Position numbers and translations under genes: made by a program. From positions 1-49,892 of the forward strand of contig JAKATJ010000005.1 in assembly GCA_021828005.1 (NCBI GenBank): a DNA stretch of 49,892 nucleotides. Direction: 5' to 3'. Source of the stretch: Actinomycetes bacterium. GTDB taxonomy: Bacteria; Actinomycetota; Acidimicrobiia; Acidimicrobiales; RAAP-2. This document shows positions 49,671 to 49,892 of this stretch, in pieces. Position 1 is the first letter of the stretch, and each line of letters starts with the position of its first letter. A model generated the notes under the pieces. That model did no database searches and was not told the DNA's origin. It worked only from the letters and a program-made list of their open reading frames with translations.

Positions 49671-49892
49671 GGCGACACGTGGGCGGTGGCCTACGCCAAG
49701 GCGTGTGCCGACTCGGTGCCCTCACTGAAGGCGTGCGCCGAGACGCAGACGGGGGCACGATGGAGGGTCTGGACCACCCTGGGAACGGTGGAGACCCGTG
49801 CGCTTGGAACCGATGGCGGGTCTTTGCAAGGCATAGCAGATGCAAATAGTGCTCCGATAGGCCCCCTTTCTGGTGTTGTACGAACAGGTGTT

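Noticed and set aside
49581-49892. Last 300 bp, including the minus-strand 113-aa ORF 49504..49845 and a GC drop in the final 60 nt
   Set aside because: The ORF overlaps the anti-sigma gene end and is low-complexity. The terminal sequence is too short to interpret.

Overview
Very GC-rich (roughly 70% by eye) chromosomal segment with actinobacterial hallmarks: a LexA/Cheo box TCGAAC-N4-GTTCG ahead of recA, a MarP-like protease, Lhr, a CsoR copper operon, a SigK/RskA-type pair, frequent GTG starts and many 4-nt start/stop overlaps. I can support about 45 protein genes and four tRNAs (Ser-CGA, Ser-TGA, Ser-GCT, Lys-TTT). I see no rRNA, CRISPR array, transposase or integrase. Left to right: pstB (partial); marP-like protease; a GH15 / archaeal-type glucose dehydrogenase / MBL-hydrolase operon; cspA; arsM/arsR; tRNA-Ser/tadA/tRNA-Ser; two paralogous degenerate nuclease-fold genes leading into typA; a translationally coupled membrane protein / patatin / Lhr helicase operon; CYTH-CHAD, NUDIX and SRAP genes; tricorn protease; rimO-pgsA-cinA-(HigB/HigA-like pair)-thpR-recA; DUF3048 lipoprotein; acetyltransferase plus TIGR00725 protein; an ORF-free 0.5 kb spacer with a candidate sRNA; ABC-F; DUF167; copZ-copA-csoR; SHOCT protein; a repeat-filled spacer; DUF2142 membrane protein; tRNA-Lys; then an envelope module (diiron protein, CHRD-like sortase substrate, class F sortase, polytopic membrane protein, ECF sigma/anti-sigma). 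The strongest cross-cutting signal is a set of at least eleven short tandem duplications (units of 9-32 bp). Most are in frame at gene termini, and two of them duplicate a start codon. Best candidates for something not yet described: (1) the membrane-anchor / patatin phospholipase / Lhr helicase operon, together with the adjacent pair of catalytically degenerate PD-(D/E)XK-like genes; (2) a RelE/HigB-type toxin-antitoxin pair wedged between cinA and the 2',3'-cyclic phosphodiesterase thpR just upstream of recA; (3) a promoter-to-terminator unit with a C-rich hairpin loop in the 34960-35454 spacer; (4) the CHRD / sortase F / ECF sigma envelope module next to tRNA-Lys. All functional calls come from motif recognition by eye. 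Start codons are best guesses, and no database search was possible.
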